A stretch of 64,000 bases of DNA from an uncultured Methanomicrobiales archaeon (GTDB taxonomy: Archaea > Halobacteriota > Methanomicrobia > Methanomicrobiales > Methanospirillaceae), in NCBI GenBank assembly GCA_963758915.1, contig CAVWXH010000002.1:1-64000 (forward strand). Direction: 5' to 3'. How positions within the stretch are numbered: the stretch's first letter is position 1; each line of letters opens with the position of its first letter. The notes under the pieces are model-generated. The model was given only the letters and a program-made list of their open reading frames with translations, searched no databases and was not told the origin of the DNA. The translations under genes and the position numbers were made by a program. Shown here in pieces: positions 1-10,309 of this stretch.

Positions 1-24
1 AAAGGATTGAAATGGCCGGAAGTA

Positions 25-1263
25 TCAGGCCTTGAAGATATCGAAGATCTGGTCGCTTCCTGTTGCCGAAAGCCTCTCACGTTCAGTCTTCTCTTCTGCG
101 AATCCGAGGACCGGTAATTCCATGTTGATACCTGGGGTGTGTCCGAACATCTTCTCCATTTCAACCTGCTGTGCGTGCATGAAGAGGGCGTTCGGGATCT
201 CCATCGGGCAGAGTTCCTGGCACTGGCCACAGTTGATACAGCTGTCAGAGATATGTGAGAACCGGATCAGGTGGAACATGAAGTTCGGAGGTACTTCCCC
301 GGGAGCAACCAGGTAGGGCTTCCGTGTGCTGCACTCAACACAGTAACAGATCGGGCATGCTTCAATACAGGAGTAGCACTTGATACACTTTGAGGTCTCT
401 TTAACGATCTTCTCAAGACGTGTTCTCCCCTCTCCGAGTCCGGCAAAGTCCTTGGCACGCCACTTGTCACCAAGTTTCAGCATGGCGTTTTCGACCTTTG
501 CACGGATCTCAATTCCCTTCTCGTTGGCCTTCTCGGTCTTGATAACGCCTGCTTTTTCGGCCTGTGACAGCAGGTCTGCACCCTTTTGGCTGCATACTTC
601 TACGAAGGTTGCCTTCCCTGCCTTGTCACCGATGACTCCCCAGTTACCGCAGGCAAGGTCTGCACCGCGTGGGACTTTAAGCTTACAGCGGCGGCAGTTT
701 GTTCTCCGGCCGTACCCTTCTTCCTCGAGCTCGTCCATGGAGATGCCCTTGTGGCCTCCTTCGTACTCGACGATAAACTGGCCCTTGTCGATTTCCTCTT
801 TATGAACCGTGTCCGGGTCGATCTGGAACTTTTCCGTGATCATTTTTCTTGCCATGACCGGACTTACCGAGCCACCGCAGTTTACACCGATCATGACAAT
901 GTTGTCGAGGTTGATCTGCTGGCGTTTTGCCAGTTCGTACAACCCCATCATGTCGCAGCCTTTGACGGTCATACCGATTTTCATGTTCTGGGCACCGTCA
1001 AGATATTTCTTGACCAGCTTTGAAAGGAGCAGTGTCCCGCAGTGGAGTGAACCTGCAGTGTTCTTGAGCTCTGCCGGGTCTGTGACCAGGGTGGGTACTG
1101 CATCGTACAGGTCCGTGCCTTTCTTTACCACGAGGACTGCGTCCACAATTTTCTTTTCGAGGGCAAACTTAAGGAGCCCGGTTACGGCGCCACCGAGCTC
1201 TGCCTTATCTGCAATTTCCTTGTCAGTGGTCCATGCATAGACCATATCGCCTTTTGCTGCCAT
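25..1263 (-). CDS. fdhB: F420-dependent formate dehydrogenase beta subunit
   Basis: FrhB/FdhB motifs ([29 protein letters not shown]) and two C-terminal CxxCxxCxxxCP clusters; lies directly downstream of fdhA; start taken at MAAKGD. Confidence 0.95.
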   Translation of the reverse strand: MAAKGDMVYAWTTDKEIADKAELGGAVTGLLKFALEKKIVDAVLVVKKGTDLYDAVPTLVTDPAELKNTAGSLHCGTLLLSKLVKKYLDGAQNMKIGMTVKGCDMMGLYELAKRQQINLDNIVMIGVNCGGSVSPVMARKMITEKFQIDPDTVHKEEIDKGQFIVEYEGGHKGISMDELEEEGYGRRTNCRRCKLKVPRGADLACGNWGVIGDKAGKATFVEVCSQKGADLLSQAEKAGVIKTEKANEKGIEIRAKVENAMLKLGDKWRAKDFAGLGEGRTRLEKIVKETSKCIKCYSCIEACPICYCVECSTRKPYLVAPGEVPPNFMFHLIRFSHISDSCINCGQCQELCPMEIPNALFMHAQQVEMEKMFGHTPGINMELPVLGFAEEKTERERLSATGSDQIFDIFKA

Positions 1264-1264
1264 T

Positions 1265-3328
1265 CTACTTCGCCTCCGCGATCTTTTCAATTTTTACAGC
1301 ACAGGCCTTAAACTCCGGAATAGCGGCAGTCGGGTCAAGCGCGTTGTTGGTCAGCGTGTTTGCTGCACATTCCACGTAGTGGAACGGGATGAAGACCACA
1401 CCTTTCTTGATGCCGGAGGTTACGCGGGCCCCTATCCTGATCTCCCCTCTCCGGGTGACGGCCTTTACCATCTCCTTGTCCTTGATATCGAGTGCTTTTG
1501 CATCCTCTGGGTTGATCTCGACCCAGCCGGTGGGCTCTTCGCGCTCGAGACTGTCGGAGCGGCGGGTCATAGTACCCGTGTGCCACTGCCAGATGCACCG
1601 GCCGGTGGTCAGAATCAGCGGGTAGTCCTTGTCGGGAACTTCAGCCGGGTACTTGAACTCGATGGGCGTAAAGATGCCCAGTCCGTCCGGGTGGGTAAAC
1701 TTCTCCTTGTGCAGGATCGGGGTTCCCGGGTGCTCCGCGGTCGGGCACGGCCAGTGCAGGGCTTCGGGCTTCTCGAGCCGTGCATAGTTCATGCCGCCGT
1801 ATGAGGGCGTGACCTTCGAGATTTCAGTAAATATCTCTTCTGCAGTCTTGTACGGGAACTGTTTCTCGTATCCCATGTGCTTTGCCAGCTCGCAGAAGAT
1901 CTGCCAGTCGGCCTTTGCCTCTCCGGGCGGCTCCTGGGCTTTTCTCCACTTCTGGACACGGCGCTCGGTGTTGGTCTGGGTGCCGTCCTTCTCCGCATAG
2001 CAGGCAGCAGGTAAAACAACATTGGCATACTGTGCCGTCTCGGTCAGGAATATATCCTGCACAACCATGAATTCGACATTCTTCATTGCCTTTTCAACAT
2101 GGTGGAGATCGGGGTCGGAGATCATCGGGTTCTCGCCCATGATATAGACGCACTTGACCTTGCCGGGCTCGTCAGCCAGTACATTGATCAGCTTGGTGAC
2201 CGTCAGACCGACTTTACCTTCGGCAATCTCGCAGCCCCAGGCATCTTCCATCTTCTTCTTATTCTCGGGGACGATGACTGCCTGGTACCCGGAATACACG
2301 TTGGCGAGCGCTCCCATGTCGCAGGCGCCCTGCACATTGTTCTGGCCACGCAGTGCACAGATACCAGTACCGGGTCTACCGAGATTACCGGTCAGCATCT
2401 GGAGGTTGGCGATTGACTTGACATTGTCGACACCGGTCGTGTGCTGGGTAATTCCCATCGAATAGAGGACCGCGGACTGGCCGGATGTTCCGAACCATTC
2501 TGCCGCAGTGGCGAGATCCTTCGCCGGGATTCCGCTGATCTTTGCAACATTGTCAAGGCTGTAGGCATCCTTCATCACGATTTCTTTTACTTTCTCGAAA
2601 TCTTTCGTCCGTTTCGCAACGAAGTCCTTGTTCTCCCAGCCGTTCTTCAGGATCTGCTGCATCATGCAGTTAAAGATGGCGACATCGGTTCCTGAGTAAA
2701 ACGGCAGGTACAGGTCTGCCTGCTTCGCCGTCGGGGTGAACCGCGGGTCTGCGTAGATGACTTTCGCTCCCTTGGCCTTCGCCTGCATCACGCGGCGACC
2801 GATCAACGGGTGGGTCTCAAACGTGTTGCTGCCGATAATTAGAATGCATTTTGATTCTGCAATATCGGCAATCGACTGGGTCATGGCGCCGGAACCAAAC
2901 GCACCGGCCAGTCCGACGACCGTCGATGCATGGCAGAGACGGGCACAGTGGTCGATGTTGGGGGTCTTTAAGACTGCACGGGCAAACTTCTGCATCAGGT
3001 AGTTCTCCTCGTTGGAGACCCGGGCTGATGCAAGGCATGCACTCTGTTCACCCGTGTACTTCTTGAAATTCTCGGCAATCAGCTTGTATGCCTCATCCCA
3101 GCTCGCTTCAACAAACTTCCCATCTTTCTTGATGAGCGGCTTGGTCAACCGGTCCGGGGAATTGATAAATTCCGCTGCATAGGTACCTTTTGGGCATAGC
3201 TTGCCCTCATTAACCGGATTGCGCTGCCAGGGTGCAACGCCTACAACCTTCTTGTCCTTGACAACAAGGTTGAAACCGCAACCTGTTCCGCAATACGGAC
3301 ACGTAGTTGGAATATACTTTACATCCAT
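1265..3328 (-). CDS. fdhA: Formate dehydrogenase alpha subunit (Mo/W-bisPGD, Cys-type)
   Basis: CPYCGTGC...C Fe-S motif, active-site CARLCH, RGQNNVQG, C-terminal molybdopterin-binding domain. Confidence 0.97.
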   Translation of the reverse strand: MDVKYIPTTCPYCGTGCGFNLVVKDKKVVGVAPWQRNPVNEGKLCPKGTYAAEFINSPDRLTKPLIKKDGKFVEASWDEAYKLIAENFKKYTGEQSACLASARVSNEENYLMQKFARAVLKTPNIDHCARLCHASTVVGLAGAFGSGAMTQSIADIAESKCILIIGSNTFETHPLIGRRVMQAKAKGAKVIYADPRFTPTAKQADLYLPFYSGTDVAIFNCMMQQILKNGWENKDFVAKRTKDFEKVKEIVMKDAYSLDNVAKISGIPAKDLATAAEWFGTSGQSAVLYSMGITQHTTGVDNVKSIANLQMLTGNLGRPGTGICALRGQNNVQGACDMGALANVYSGYQAVIVPENKKKMEDAWGCEIAEGKVGLTVTKLINVLADEPGKVKCVYIMGENPMISDPDLHHVEKAMKNVEFMVVQDIFLTETAQYANVVLPAACYAEKDGTQTNTERRVQKWRKAQEPPGEAKADWQIFCELAKHMGYEKQFPYKTAEEIFTEISKVTPSYGGMNYARLEKPEALHWPCPTAEHPGTPILHKEKFTHPDGLGIFTPIEFKYPAEVPDKDYPLILTTGRCIWQWHTGTMTRRSDSLEREEPTGWVEINPEDAKALDIKDKEMVKAVTRRGEIRIGARVTSGIKKGVVFIPFHYVECAANTLTNNALDPTAAIPEFKACAVKIEKIAEAK

Positions 3329-3519
3329 TTTTGTAAAACCTCGAACAAAAATATCTCTCGGTTAACAATATTTAATGATAGTCATTTACTCGCGATAATT
3401 TGATTAATAGTGGTGGGTATATGCTGATCTGTGTATAATCATACCAGGTCAAATTTAGTGAAGAACATAAATTTCCTCCTGATCTGTGATCTGATACCAT
3501 ATTCAGGGGTTCTTGTGAT

Positions 3520-4158
3520 GTGCGCAAAATGAAGCGAAAAATCCTGGTCCATCCGATGCTACCGACGCTAATCCAGGCCGGTATAACAAACCTTGATGGT
3601 CACCTGTATGCAGCACTCGATACCTGCCCTGCCTGCCGGGGTGAGATCGCGGGTTATGATACAAAGAGGCGTTTTTTCACCACCCTTCATGAACCGGGCG
3701 GGGTGAGTGACATCTTTGTTTCTGTTAAAAGGTTCAGATGCCGGGCCTGTGGTCTTGTAAGCCCGGCAAAAGCACCGTTTTACCCTGACACCCGTATTGG
3801 AGCCCCTGTTGTAGATCTATGCGTGACACTTTCGCAGGAAATGAACTACTCTCGTGCCGCACGGGTCATCAATTCCCTTGGCATTGTTATTGACAGGGGA
3901 ACGGTCAGGAACTACGCCTCCCGTGGCTTTGCTGTTCCCCCTTCAACTGAGTTCTTCGGGTTCCGGCTACCTGTCTCCATCATCTCCCTGACTATGTTCA
4001 CCCCCGGGTCTTTCCAGGCGGGACCCGTCGTAGGGGCAGAAACGCTCGCTACCGGTGGTGGTCCATCCGCAGGCAGCACACTTCCATGTTTCCCCCCGCT
4101 GGAAAAGCGGAACGAGAGGTATAAACAGGAAAAGGAAGAAAAACGGCCAGTGGAATAA
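3520..4158 (+). CDS. Hypothetical zinc-finger/HTH protein (resembles transposase N-terminal zf-HTH, no DDE domain)
   Basis: CPAC...FRCRACG zinc ribbon followed by helix-turn-helix-like YSRAARVINSLGIVIDRGTVRNY; the C-terminal third overlaps an antisense ORF. Confidence 0.6.
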   Translation: MRKMKRKILVHPMLPTLIQAGITNLDGHLYAALDTCPACRGEIAGYDTKRRFFTTLHEPGGVSDIFVSVKRFRCRACGLVSPAKAPFYPDTRIGAPVVDLCVTLSQEMNYSRAARVINSLGIVIDRGTVRNYASRGFAVPPSTEFFGFRLPVSIISLTMFTPGSFQAGPVVGAETLATGGGPSAGSTLPCFPPLEKRNERYKQEKEEKRPVE

Positions 4159-4215
4159 ATAAGCGGTTATAGTCAGGCCAAGGGATATTACCAGGAGAAG
4201 AATACTCAGGATATA
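3967..4215 (-). CDS. Small membrane protein with C-terminal zinc ribbon (start codon uncertain)
   Basis: Two hydrophobic stretches then CAACG...FCPYDG; immediately downstream of mfnF on the same strand; no ATG close to the hydrophobic N-terminus. Confidence 0.5.
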   Translation of the reverse strand, partial: YILSILLLVISLGLTITAYLFHWPFFFLFLFIPLVPLFQRGETWKCAACGWTTTGSERFCPYDGSRLERPGGEHSQGDDGDR

Positions 4216-5177
4216 GAATCTCGTACTGCTACCTCCCGTACTGCAAATGCAGGCAGGGCATCGACAACCGGTCCCAGGGCTCCCGAAAGATTTGTACCCC
4301 CGAATTTTTTCGCAATCAGTCCGGACCCGATACCTGCAAAGATAACCTCGTTTGTACCGGTCTTCCGGCATACGTCCTCAATACCGGAGATAATGAGGTG
4401 TTTCTGGGCGTTCCAGAACGTTTCTGCAATCTGCCTGGCCCCGGCTTCCCCTATTTCTTCAAGGTCCGCACACACGACCCGTGCAAGTCTCCGGAGGGCG
4501 GCATCGACAGTACGCTTCCCTCCATCGGGTGGATCTGATGTATACTGGCGTTCGTTGATATGCCCGAGGACCCGGTGTACATCCCCCGAACAGGCAAAAT
4601 ACTCGCTGCTTACCGGTGTCAGGACCCCGTCAAGAAGGACCGAACTGATAAGGCACGGGACGCTCGTACGGAGCAGGCCGGTATAGATCAGGTATCCCTG
4701 CTGGAGGCGGTCCAGGTCAGTCAGTCCTTTCAGTTCATCGAACCGGCCGATGGGAATGATATCTGTCGTTGTACTGCCCATATCCACGAAGACTGCACAA
4801 GGATAGTGTTCCCTCAGGTAATCAGCGGAAACCAGCCAGTTCGAGGCTGCAAGTTGTGGGGCCGCATCCCGGTGAAACCCTGCATCTGTCCCGTAAAAGA
4901 CTGCGTCCGGGAACGCGGCCTTCACGCTGTCAACAATAAAGCCAATCCCCTCTGCCTTACTAAAAAAACAGTCTGCAAGTTCGCCGGACATCACCACGGC
5001 TGCCGATCCCGTCTCTTTGTTATAGTTCCCGAGAAGTTCTTTGAGTGGGGCACCCTTCCATAGCGGGCAGTAATGGATATGGACCCCGTTATGGTCAACT
5101 ATCTTCAGGTGTGCACCACCGACATCAATACCTACCCTTTCCACGTTATCCCCCGTATTTTCATTCATTCGTAACAC
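4206..5177 (-). CDS. mfnF: Hydantoinase/oxoprolinase-family H4MPT-linked C1 protein (methanofuran synthesis MfnF-like)
   Basis: GIDVGGAHLK, MSGELADCF, DMGSTTTDIIP, YTGLLRT motifs; adjacent to the MfnD-like ATP-grasp gene. Confidence 0.8.
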   Translation of the reverse strand: MLRMNENTGDNVERVGIDVGGAHLKIVDHNGVHIHYCPLWKGAPLKELLGNYNKETGSAAVVMSGELADCFFSKAEGIGFIVDSVKAAFPDAVFYGTDAGFHRDAAPQLAASNWLVSADYLREHYPCAVFVDMGSTTTDIIPIGRFDELKGLTDLDRLQQGYLIYTGLLRTSVPCLISSVLLDGVLTPVSSEYFACSGDVHRVLGHINERQYTSDPPDGGKRTVDAALRRLARVVCADLEEIGEAGARQIAETFWNAQKHLIISGIEDVCRKTGTNEVIFAGIGSGLIAKKFGGTNLSGALGPVVDALPAFAVREVAVRDSIS

Positions 5178-5200
5178 CTTCAGATGGCTTTATCGCTTAG

Positions 5201-6088
5201 TTATTGGCTGGTAACCACTCCACTGGCGTCGAAACATGCATGACCCGAAAAGTGAAGTTCCCCGATGGTCTCCCCTTTTGACGCCCGGATAAGGACATCT
5301 GCAATCTCTTCGCTCATACAGGCAGTAATCCCCACAATGCTCGTGGTAATGCGTGGATTTACGTCCACGACGTAGACCCGGTCAGCAACGACCACGTCGA
5401 CCCCGGCATAGCCCTGGCAACCAAGGGTCTTCACCGCATTTATGGCGGTCTCTTTGATCTCATGTTCCCTTGGGTGGCTCGCAGGAGTCTCTCCTCCGCG
5501 GTAATGGAACTTTCCTTCGGGGTCGATCTCTATATGCTGCCGGTTCAGGGCGAGCGCAACAGGTGGTTCCCCGGTAAAATAAAGGCATGCTTCACCGACT
5601 ACCCTGCTCCCGACAACGCTGACTGAATAGTTCTCACCTTCAATAAATCTCTGGCCAAATTCCCCCTGTCCCGCCGGATCCCGGGTTAACCTGACACCCA
5701 TGGCCCCACAGCCAGATACGGGTTTTACTACCCGGAGGCCTTCTTCCTGTTCTTCTGGCACGGCAATTCCGTGTGATGCCAGTATCGTCCCTGTCCGTTG
5801 CTTGTTGGCGCAGACTGCAACGTTCATACTTCCACACCCGAGGTTGTGGGTACTGGTTTCGAGTGCGAGGGTAAAATGCGGGAGCAGGTGGTCAGGTGCA
5901 ATAACAAGCCCCACATCACAACCTGGGGCAAGTTTTTCAATTTCCTTATAAAAATCTCCCTGCCCCGGAGTCACGACTTCGTACCCGCATCTTGAAAAGC
6001 TGGCTGAAAGTGACGCGAACATTGCCCTCCCCTCGGGTGCAAGGGCTGGGTCATGGTACATGGAATATTCTGCGATAAGGGCCTTCAT
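5201..6088 (-). CDS. mfnD: ATP-grasp tyramine-L-glutamate ligase-like protein
   Basis: EGRAM, VIAPD, VVKPVSGCGA, GYAGVD, VDVNPRITTS ATP-grasp motifs. Confidence 0.8.
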   Translation of the reverse strand: MKALIAEYSMYHDPALAPEGRAMFASLSASFSRCGYEVVTPGQGDFYKEIEKLAPGCDVGLVIAPDHLLPHFTLALETSTHNLGCGSMNVAVCANKQRTGTILASHGIAVPEEQEEGLRVVKPVSGCGAMGVRLTRDPAGQGEFGQRFIEGENYSVSVVGSRVVGEACLYFTGEPPVALALNRQHIEIDPEGKFHYRGGETPASHPREHEIKETAINAVKTLGCQGYAGVDVVVADRVYVVDVNPRITTSIVGITACMSEEIADVLIRASKGETIGELHFSGHACFDASGVVTSQ

Positions 6089-6250
6089 CCTGTACCTGTT
6101 GGGTGCAGAGGGAGATTACCCTGACGATTGCGGGGGCAGTCAGAAATCCCGGGAAAGCACGGGGATGTCTGAATAAGCCTCCTGGTGCACCCATGCTGTA
6201 CGAGAGTCATAGCACATCTATTTCATCAAACCCCGCCAATTGGATTGGTG

Positions 6251-7033
6251 ATGAAACCGCGGATCCTTCTGACAAACGATGACGGCATAACATCGGCCGG
6301 ACTCTGGGCAGCATATGAGGCATTGTCCCCTGTAGCCGAGGTGACTATCGCTGCACCATCCACCCAGCAGAGTGCGGTCGGGCGCTCGATATCAATTTTT
6401 GAACCCATCCGGGCAAGCCCGGTCGTTATGAACGGGGTACGGGCGTATTCAATCGGTGGTAAACCAACTGATTCAGTTATCATCGGGCTGTATGCCCTTG
6501 ACCTCAGGCCAGACCTCGTGGTCAGCGGGATTAACATAGGGGAGAACCTGTCATTTGAATCTATCATGACTTCCGGCACGGTCGGTGCAGCGCTTGAAGC
6601 TTCCAACCAGGGGACTAAGGGGATTGCCTTCTCGCTCCAGGTGGAGGACCAGGGTGACAAGTTTGACGACCCCCGCCACCACTCCCAGAGCTTTGATGAA
6701 GCAAAACGGATCGTAAGAGAAGTCTGCATGAAGGTCCTCCGGGAGGGTTTCCCGGAACACGCCGATATAATTAACGTAAATATACCTTCAATTGTGAAGG
6801 GTGGCTATGAAGTCACCCGCCTTGCGAGAAAGCTCTTCGAGACCGGGGTCGAAAAGCGGCTTGACCCGAGAGGGAGGCCCTATTACTGGATAAACGGACC
6901 GCTCCTTGAAGATGCTGAAGAGGGTACTGACGTCCATGCAATCAGGAAAGGCAATATTTCAATCACTCCCATCACGCTGGACTGCACTGCCTTCGATGCT
7001 GATAAGGAATTACTGTCTCTTTTCTGCCCTTAG
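6251..7033 (+). CDS. surE: 5'/3'-nucleotidase SurE
   Basis: ILLTNDDG, QQSAVG, GKPTD, SGINIGEN, SGTVGAA motifs. Confidence 0.95.
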   Translation: MKPRILLTNDDGITSAGLWAAYEALSPVAEVTIAAPSTQQSAVGRSISIFEPIRASPVVMNGVRAYSIGGKPTDSVIIGLYALDLRPDLVVSGINIGENLSFESIMTSGTVGAALEASNQGTKGIAFSLQVEDQGDKFDDPRHHSQSFDEAKRIVREVCMKVLREGFPEHADIINVNIPSIVKGGYEVTRLARKLFETGVEKRLDPRGRPYYWINGPLLEDAEEGTDVHAIRKGNISITPITLDCTAFDADKELLSLFCP

Positions 7034-7057
7034 ATGGAAAAATACGGATTAGGACTT

Positions 7058-7240
7058 TTTTTAACCCTGCGTATACAGAAGAAGGAAGGGAAAATACGTA
7101 GAAATGGGGGGGTTTCATCTCCTCCCTGCCCACCCCGGCAGGATATCCTTTGGGCAGTGTTTCCACACGATCATAAATTTCCGGGTAAGGAGTGCAGTCT
7201 CTTTCCCGACCAGGGTCGCCACAGCGGGGGAGCGTGGGAA
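7058..7240 (-). repeat. Dispersed intergenic repeat, copy 1 (reverse orientation)
   Basis: Contains TTTCATCTCCTCCCTGCCCACCCC, GATATCCTTTGGGCA and TCCCGACCAGGGTCGCCA, the reverse complements of the conserved blocks at 10352-10539. Confidence 0.8.
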
Positions 7241-7307
7241 GATGCCAGAACAATCCTGACCTGCTGCAGGTTGGACTATGGAGGATGTTACACAGCCGAT
7301 TATCCCA

Positions 7308-9371
7308 TCAGATCTTAAAATCAGCAACGACCTTACTGACTTTCGACGGAACCAGTTCGAATTGTTCAATCCATGGTTTTGGGCCCATCTGGATAATGAC
7401 TTCATAAAATCCGATTTTCATGTGGTCAAAGGTATGAGGCGTGCTCTCCCCGGGTGTCCAGCCGTTGAGGTAGATCGAGGCACCCCGCGGAAGACTATCG
7501 ACTACGATTGTCCCTTCACCGTAATTCTCCATGGAGAAGAAGACTTTCTGGGGGGTCGTGTTGGTACCACTTATCTCAACCGTAACAATCTCTTCTACCG
7601 GGTATAACCCCGGTTTTGAAACCATAATCCGGTGAAGTCCTTCCGAGACTCCGGTGAATGTATGGGGTGTGGTATACCCGGTCCGGAAGCCGTCGATAAA
7701 GATTTCTGCGCCTTCGGGACCTGAACTGACCTGCAGCGGAGGATGAGAATACGGACTTCTGGCGAGGTTCATTACTTCCGTGTCCTGGTTCGTGCACGGG
7801 ACAAGGAAGGAGGTGTATTCCTCACCTTTGCGGACACTGATGAACGAACCCGGGCAGCCGGTGGTTATTGTTGCTGGAAGCCTTCCAGACGGGAACCTGC
7901 CGTTTATAGTGAATTCACCCCCGGAATATGGTCCGGGACTGATCGAGACTCTTTTGGACAAGAGTACTACCTCGGTATCGACATTGAATGTCGTCAGTGC
8001 ATCATGGTATACCCAGACATTCCGGGTATAGGTGGCAGGACCACTTAATTTATCCATTCTGATTACCTGTATGGTGTGAAGGCCTTCAGGGAAGCCGTAA
8101 TAAAGGAACGGTGTCCCACCCGTGACCTGCACCCCGTCAATAGTAAGGTCGAGATTCCCCGGGTAGGAGGTCACAAATATCCCGCCATACTTATTCGGCC
8201 CTTCCGATTTACCCGGTGTCACGAAGAGGGCGTCCATGGCAGGAGTGAGCGGAATTTCGAGTTTTTTATCCTTGTCAAGGGTTACAACCTCACTATAGGC
8301 AAGATAACCCGGACTGGTAAGGGTCATGGTATAGGTATTCTTTTCGAGGCCGGTCATGACATAGGGGGTTGTGCCGGTCCGGTTCCCGTTTAGCACGATA
8401 AGTGCACCCCTCGGATCCGAATCGACAGAGAGGTTGAATACCGGGGCCGGCACCGGGGTTGGCGTAGGCCTGACCGGTAGTGCTACCGTTGGAGCAGGAT
8501 TGGTCCTCAGCAGTAACGATGGGTCAGGAGTCAGATTCTTAACCAGGCGGGTAACGGGAAGATCCAATGTGAGGATGAACCGTTCATCAGGGTCCGGCCC
8601 TTTAAGCGGGGAACCGATCAGGTCATCAGCAGAGCGGTTTGTCCAGATCGACTTATTCTCTGTTGAATAATTCCTGAGACTTCCCTTAACGGCCCTCGGG
8701 GTTATGTCGATAAACTGGAGTATGCTCCGGATAATGCCGGCATAGGTGGCACGGAGGATATTTGGTGCGGGGTCCTCCTCCTCTCCCTCTGAAACAGTAT
8801 ATCCCGGGGTACCAGGCCCCGGGTCGTTAAGACTGGGATACTCATCAGAATGGAGGGTCTGGTTAATACTGCTCTTTAACCCAATCCCTGCAATCTCTGC
8901 CAGTTCTACCACACGGCCTTTAATCCCGGAATCCTCTTTCCCATCCCGGAAAACTGTATCCTGTCCTGCTCCGGGTTTATCATCACCCGGATTTGTATAT
9001 CCCCCTGCGTACCGGGTCTGGTTGAGGCTACCCTGTATTCCTGAACCTGCTATGTTCACCAGCTCTGCGACGTTCCCCAGCACTAAAGGACTAATGTCCC
9101 TGGCCCGTCCAATGGTATTGGTTACACCCGTGAAGTATCCGGTACTATCCGTACTATTCCCCTGCGTACTGACAACCGGTTGATCAACAAGCTGGTGATC
9201 AGGGCAGACCGGATTCCCAAACTGGTCGACCTCTTTGCAGGCCGTTGTCACAGGAATATCTGCTGCTACCCAGGAGATCAACACTGCTACCACGAGAAGA
9301 AGAAAAACCGTACTATGGATCTGGCGGCGTTGTTTTCGTGAGAGGAAGGGTTCCGTTCCGGGCATCTTCAT
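7308..9371 (-). CDS. PEGA domain-containing surface protein
   Basis: N-terminal TM; repeated PEGA motifs (SDPRGALIVLNG..TGTTP, SGPEGAEIFIDG..TGYTTP, SLPRGASIYLNG..TP). Confidence 0.85.
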   Translation of the reverse strand: MKMPGTEPFLSRKQRRQIHSTVFLLLVVAVLISWVAADIPVTTACKEVDQFGNPVCPDHQLVDQPVVSTQGNSTDSTGYFTGVTNTIGRARDISPLVLGNVAELVNIAGSGIQGSLNQTRYAGGYTNPGDDKPGAGQDTVFRDGKEDSGIKGRVVELAEIAGIGLKSSINQTLHSDEYPSLNDPGPGTPGYTVSEGEEEDPAPNILRATYAGIIRSILQFIDITPRAVKGSLRNYSTENKSIWTNRSADDLIGSPLKGPDPDERFILTLDLPVTRLVKNLTPDPSLLLRTNPAPTVALPVRPTPTPVPAPVFNLSVDSDPRGALIVLNGNRTGTTPYVMTGLEKNTYTMTLTSPGYLAYSEVVTLDKDKKLEIPLTPAMDALFVTPGKSEGPNKYGGIFVTSYPGNLDLTIDGVQVTGGTPFLYYGFPEGLHTIQVIRMDKLSGPATYTRNVWVYHDALTTFNVDTEVVLLSKRVSISPGPYSGGEFTINGRFPSGRLPATITTGCPGSFISVRKGEEYTSFLVPCTNQDTEVMNLARSPYSHPPLQVSSGPEGAEIFIDGFRTGYTTPHTFTGVSEGLHRIMVSKPGLYPVEEIVTVEISGTNTTPQKVFFSMENYGEGTIVVDSLPRGASIYLNGWTPGESTPHTFDHMKIGFYEVIIQMGPKPWIEQFELVPSKVSKVVADFKI

Positions 9372-9552
9372 GAACGTCGGCCCGTGAATTGATTAAAATT
9401 ATGGTACATGCAAGGTTTGACTCATGGTCCGCTTATATACCTGAGATCCCACAGGGATCTCATGCGGCAGTGAATGACTTCTTCATAAACCCATGATACC
9501 TGACCAGCTCCTGTCAAAACATATGGATATAATGAGAGATAACCGGATTATC

Positions 9553-10245
9553 ATGGATGCACTCGCACCGGACGTGGCAAAACAGGCGGCAGGGATTCGT
9601 GCGGCGGAGATGGTAGAAGACGGCATGGTAATCGGACTTGGAACCGGCTCAACCGTCTTCTTCGCCATGCAACAGATCTCCCGGAAGGTCAGGGACGGCC
9701 TTGATATCGCCGGTGTCCCCACCTCGTTCCAGGCAGCGATGAGGGCCCGGGAGCTCGGGATCCCACTGACAACCCTTGATGACTATCCCGTTCTTGACCT
9801 TGCGATAGACGGGGCAGACCAGGTGGACCCTGCTTTCCGGGTGATTAAGGGGCGGGGGGCGGCCCAGCTTCGTGAAAAATGTGTTGCAGCGGCAGCCGGA
9901 CGGTTTATTATTGTTGCTGACCCCGGGAAACTCGTAACGGTCCTGGATGCGGCGGTACCGCTGGAAGTGCTGCCTTTTGCCGTCACCCCGGTGCTGTCTG
10001 TATTAAAAGGTCTCAGTGGAGAGCCGGCCCTTCGGGAGGGACAAAAAAAAGATGGTCCTGTCATTACGGACAATGGTAACATGGTAATCGACTGCAGGTT
10101 CGGGTTAATACATCAACCTGAAAATCTGGAACTCTCCCTGACGACCATACCCGGTGTCCTGTCCTGCGGGATATTTTGTGGGTTTACAGAAAAGACAACG
10201 GTTATTGTAGGGGATGTGGCAGGTGCCCGCACCCTCACCCGATAA
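9553..10245 (+). CDS. rpiA: Ribose-5-phosphate isomerase A
   Basis: GLGTGST, DGADQVD, IKGRGAA..REK, TDNGN motifs. Confidence 0.96.
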   Translation: MDALAPDVAKQAAGIRAAEMVEDGMVIGLGTGSTVFFAMQQISRKVRDGLDIAGVPTSFQAAMRARELGIPLTTLDDYPVLDLAIDGADQVDPAFRVIKGRGAAQLREKCVAAAAGRFIIVADPGKLVTVLDAAVPLEVLPFAVTPVLSVLKGLSGEPALREGQKKDGPVITDNGNMVIDCRFGLIHQPENLELSLTTIPGVLSCGIFCGFTEKTTVIVGDVAGARTLTR

Positions 10246-10309
10246 AACTTCCTTTAAGAGTTCTAATTTAAAAACGGATTTCCCCTGGCCAGTAGAAATA
10301 TTCTATTAC

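Noticed and set aside
1265-3328. Selenocysteine recoding in FdhA
   Set aside because: The active site reads CARLCH with no in-frame TGA.
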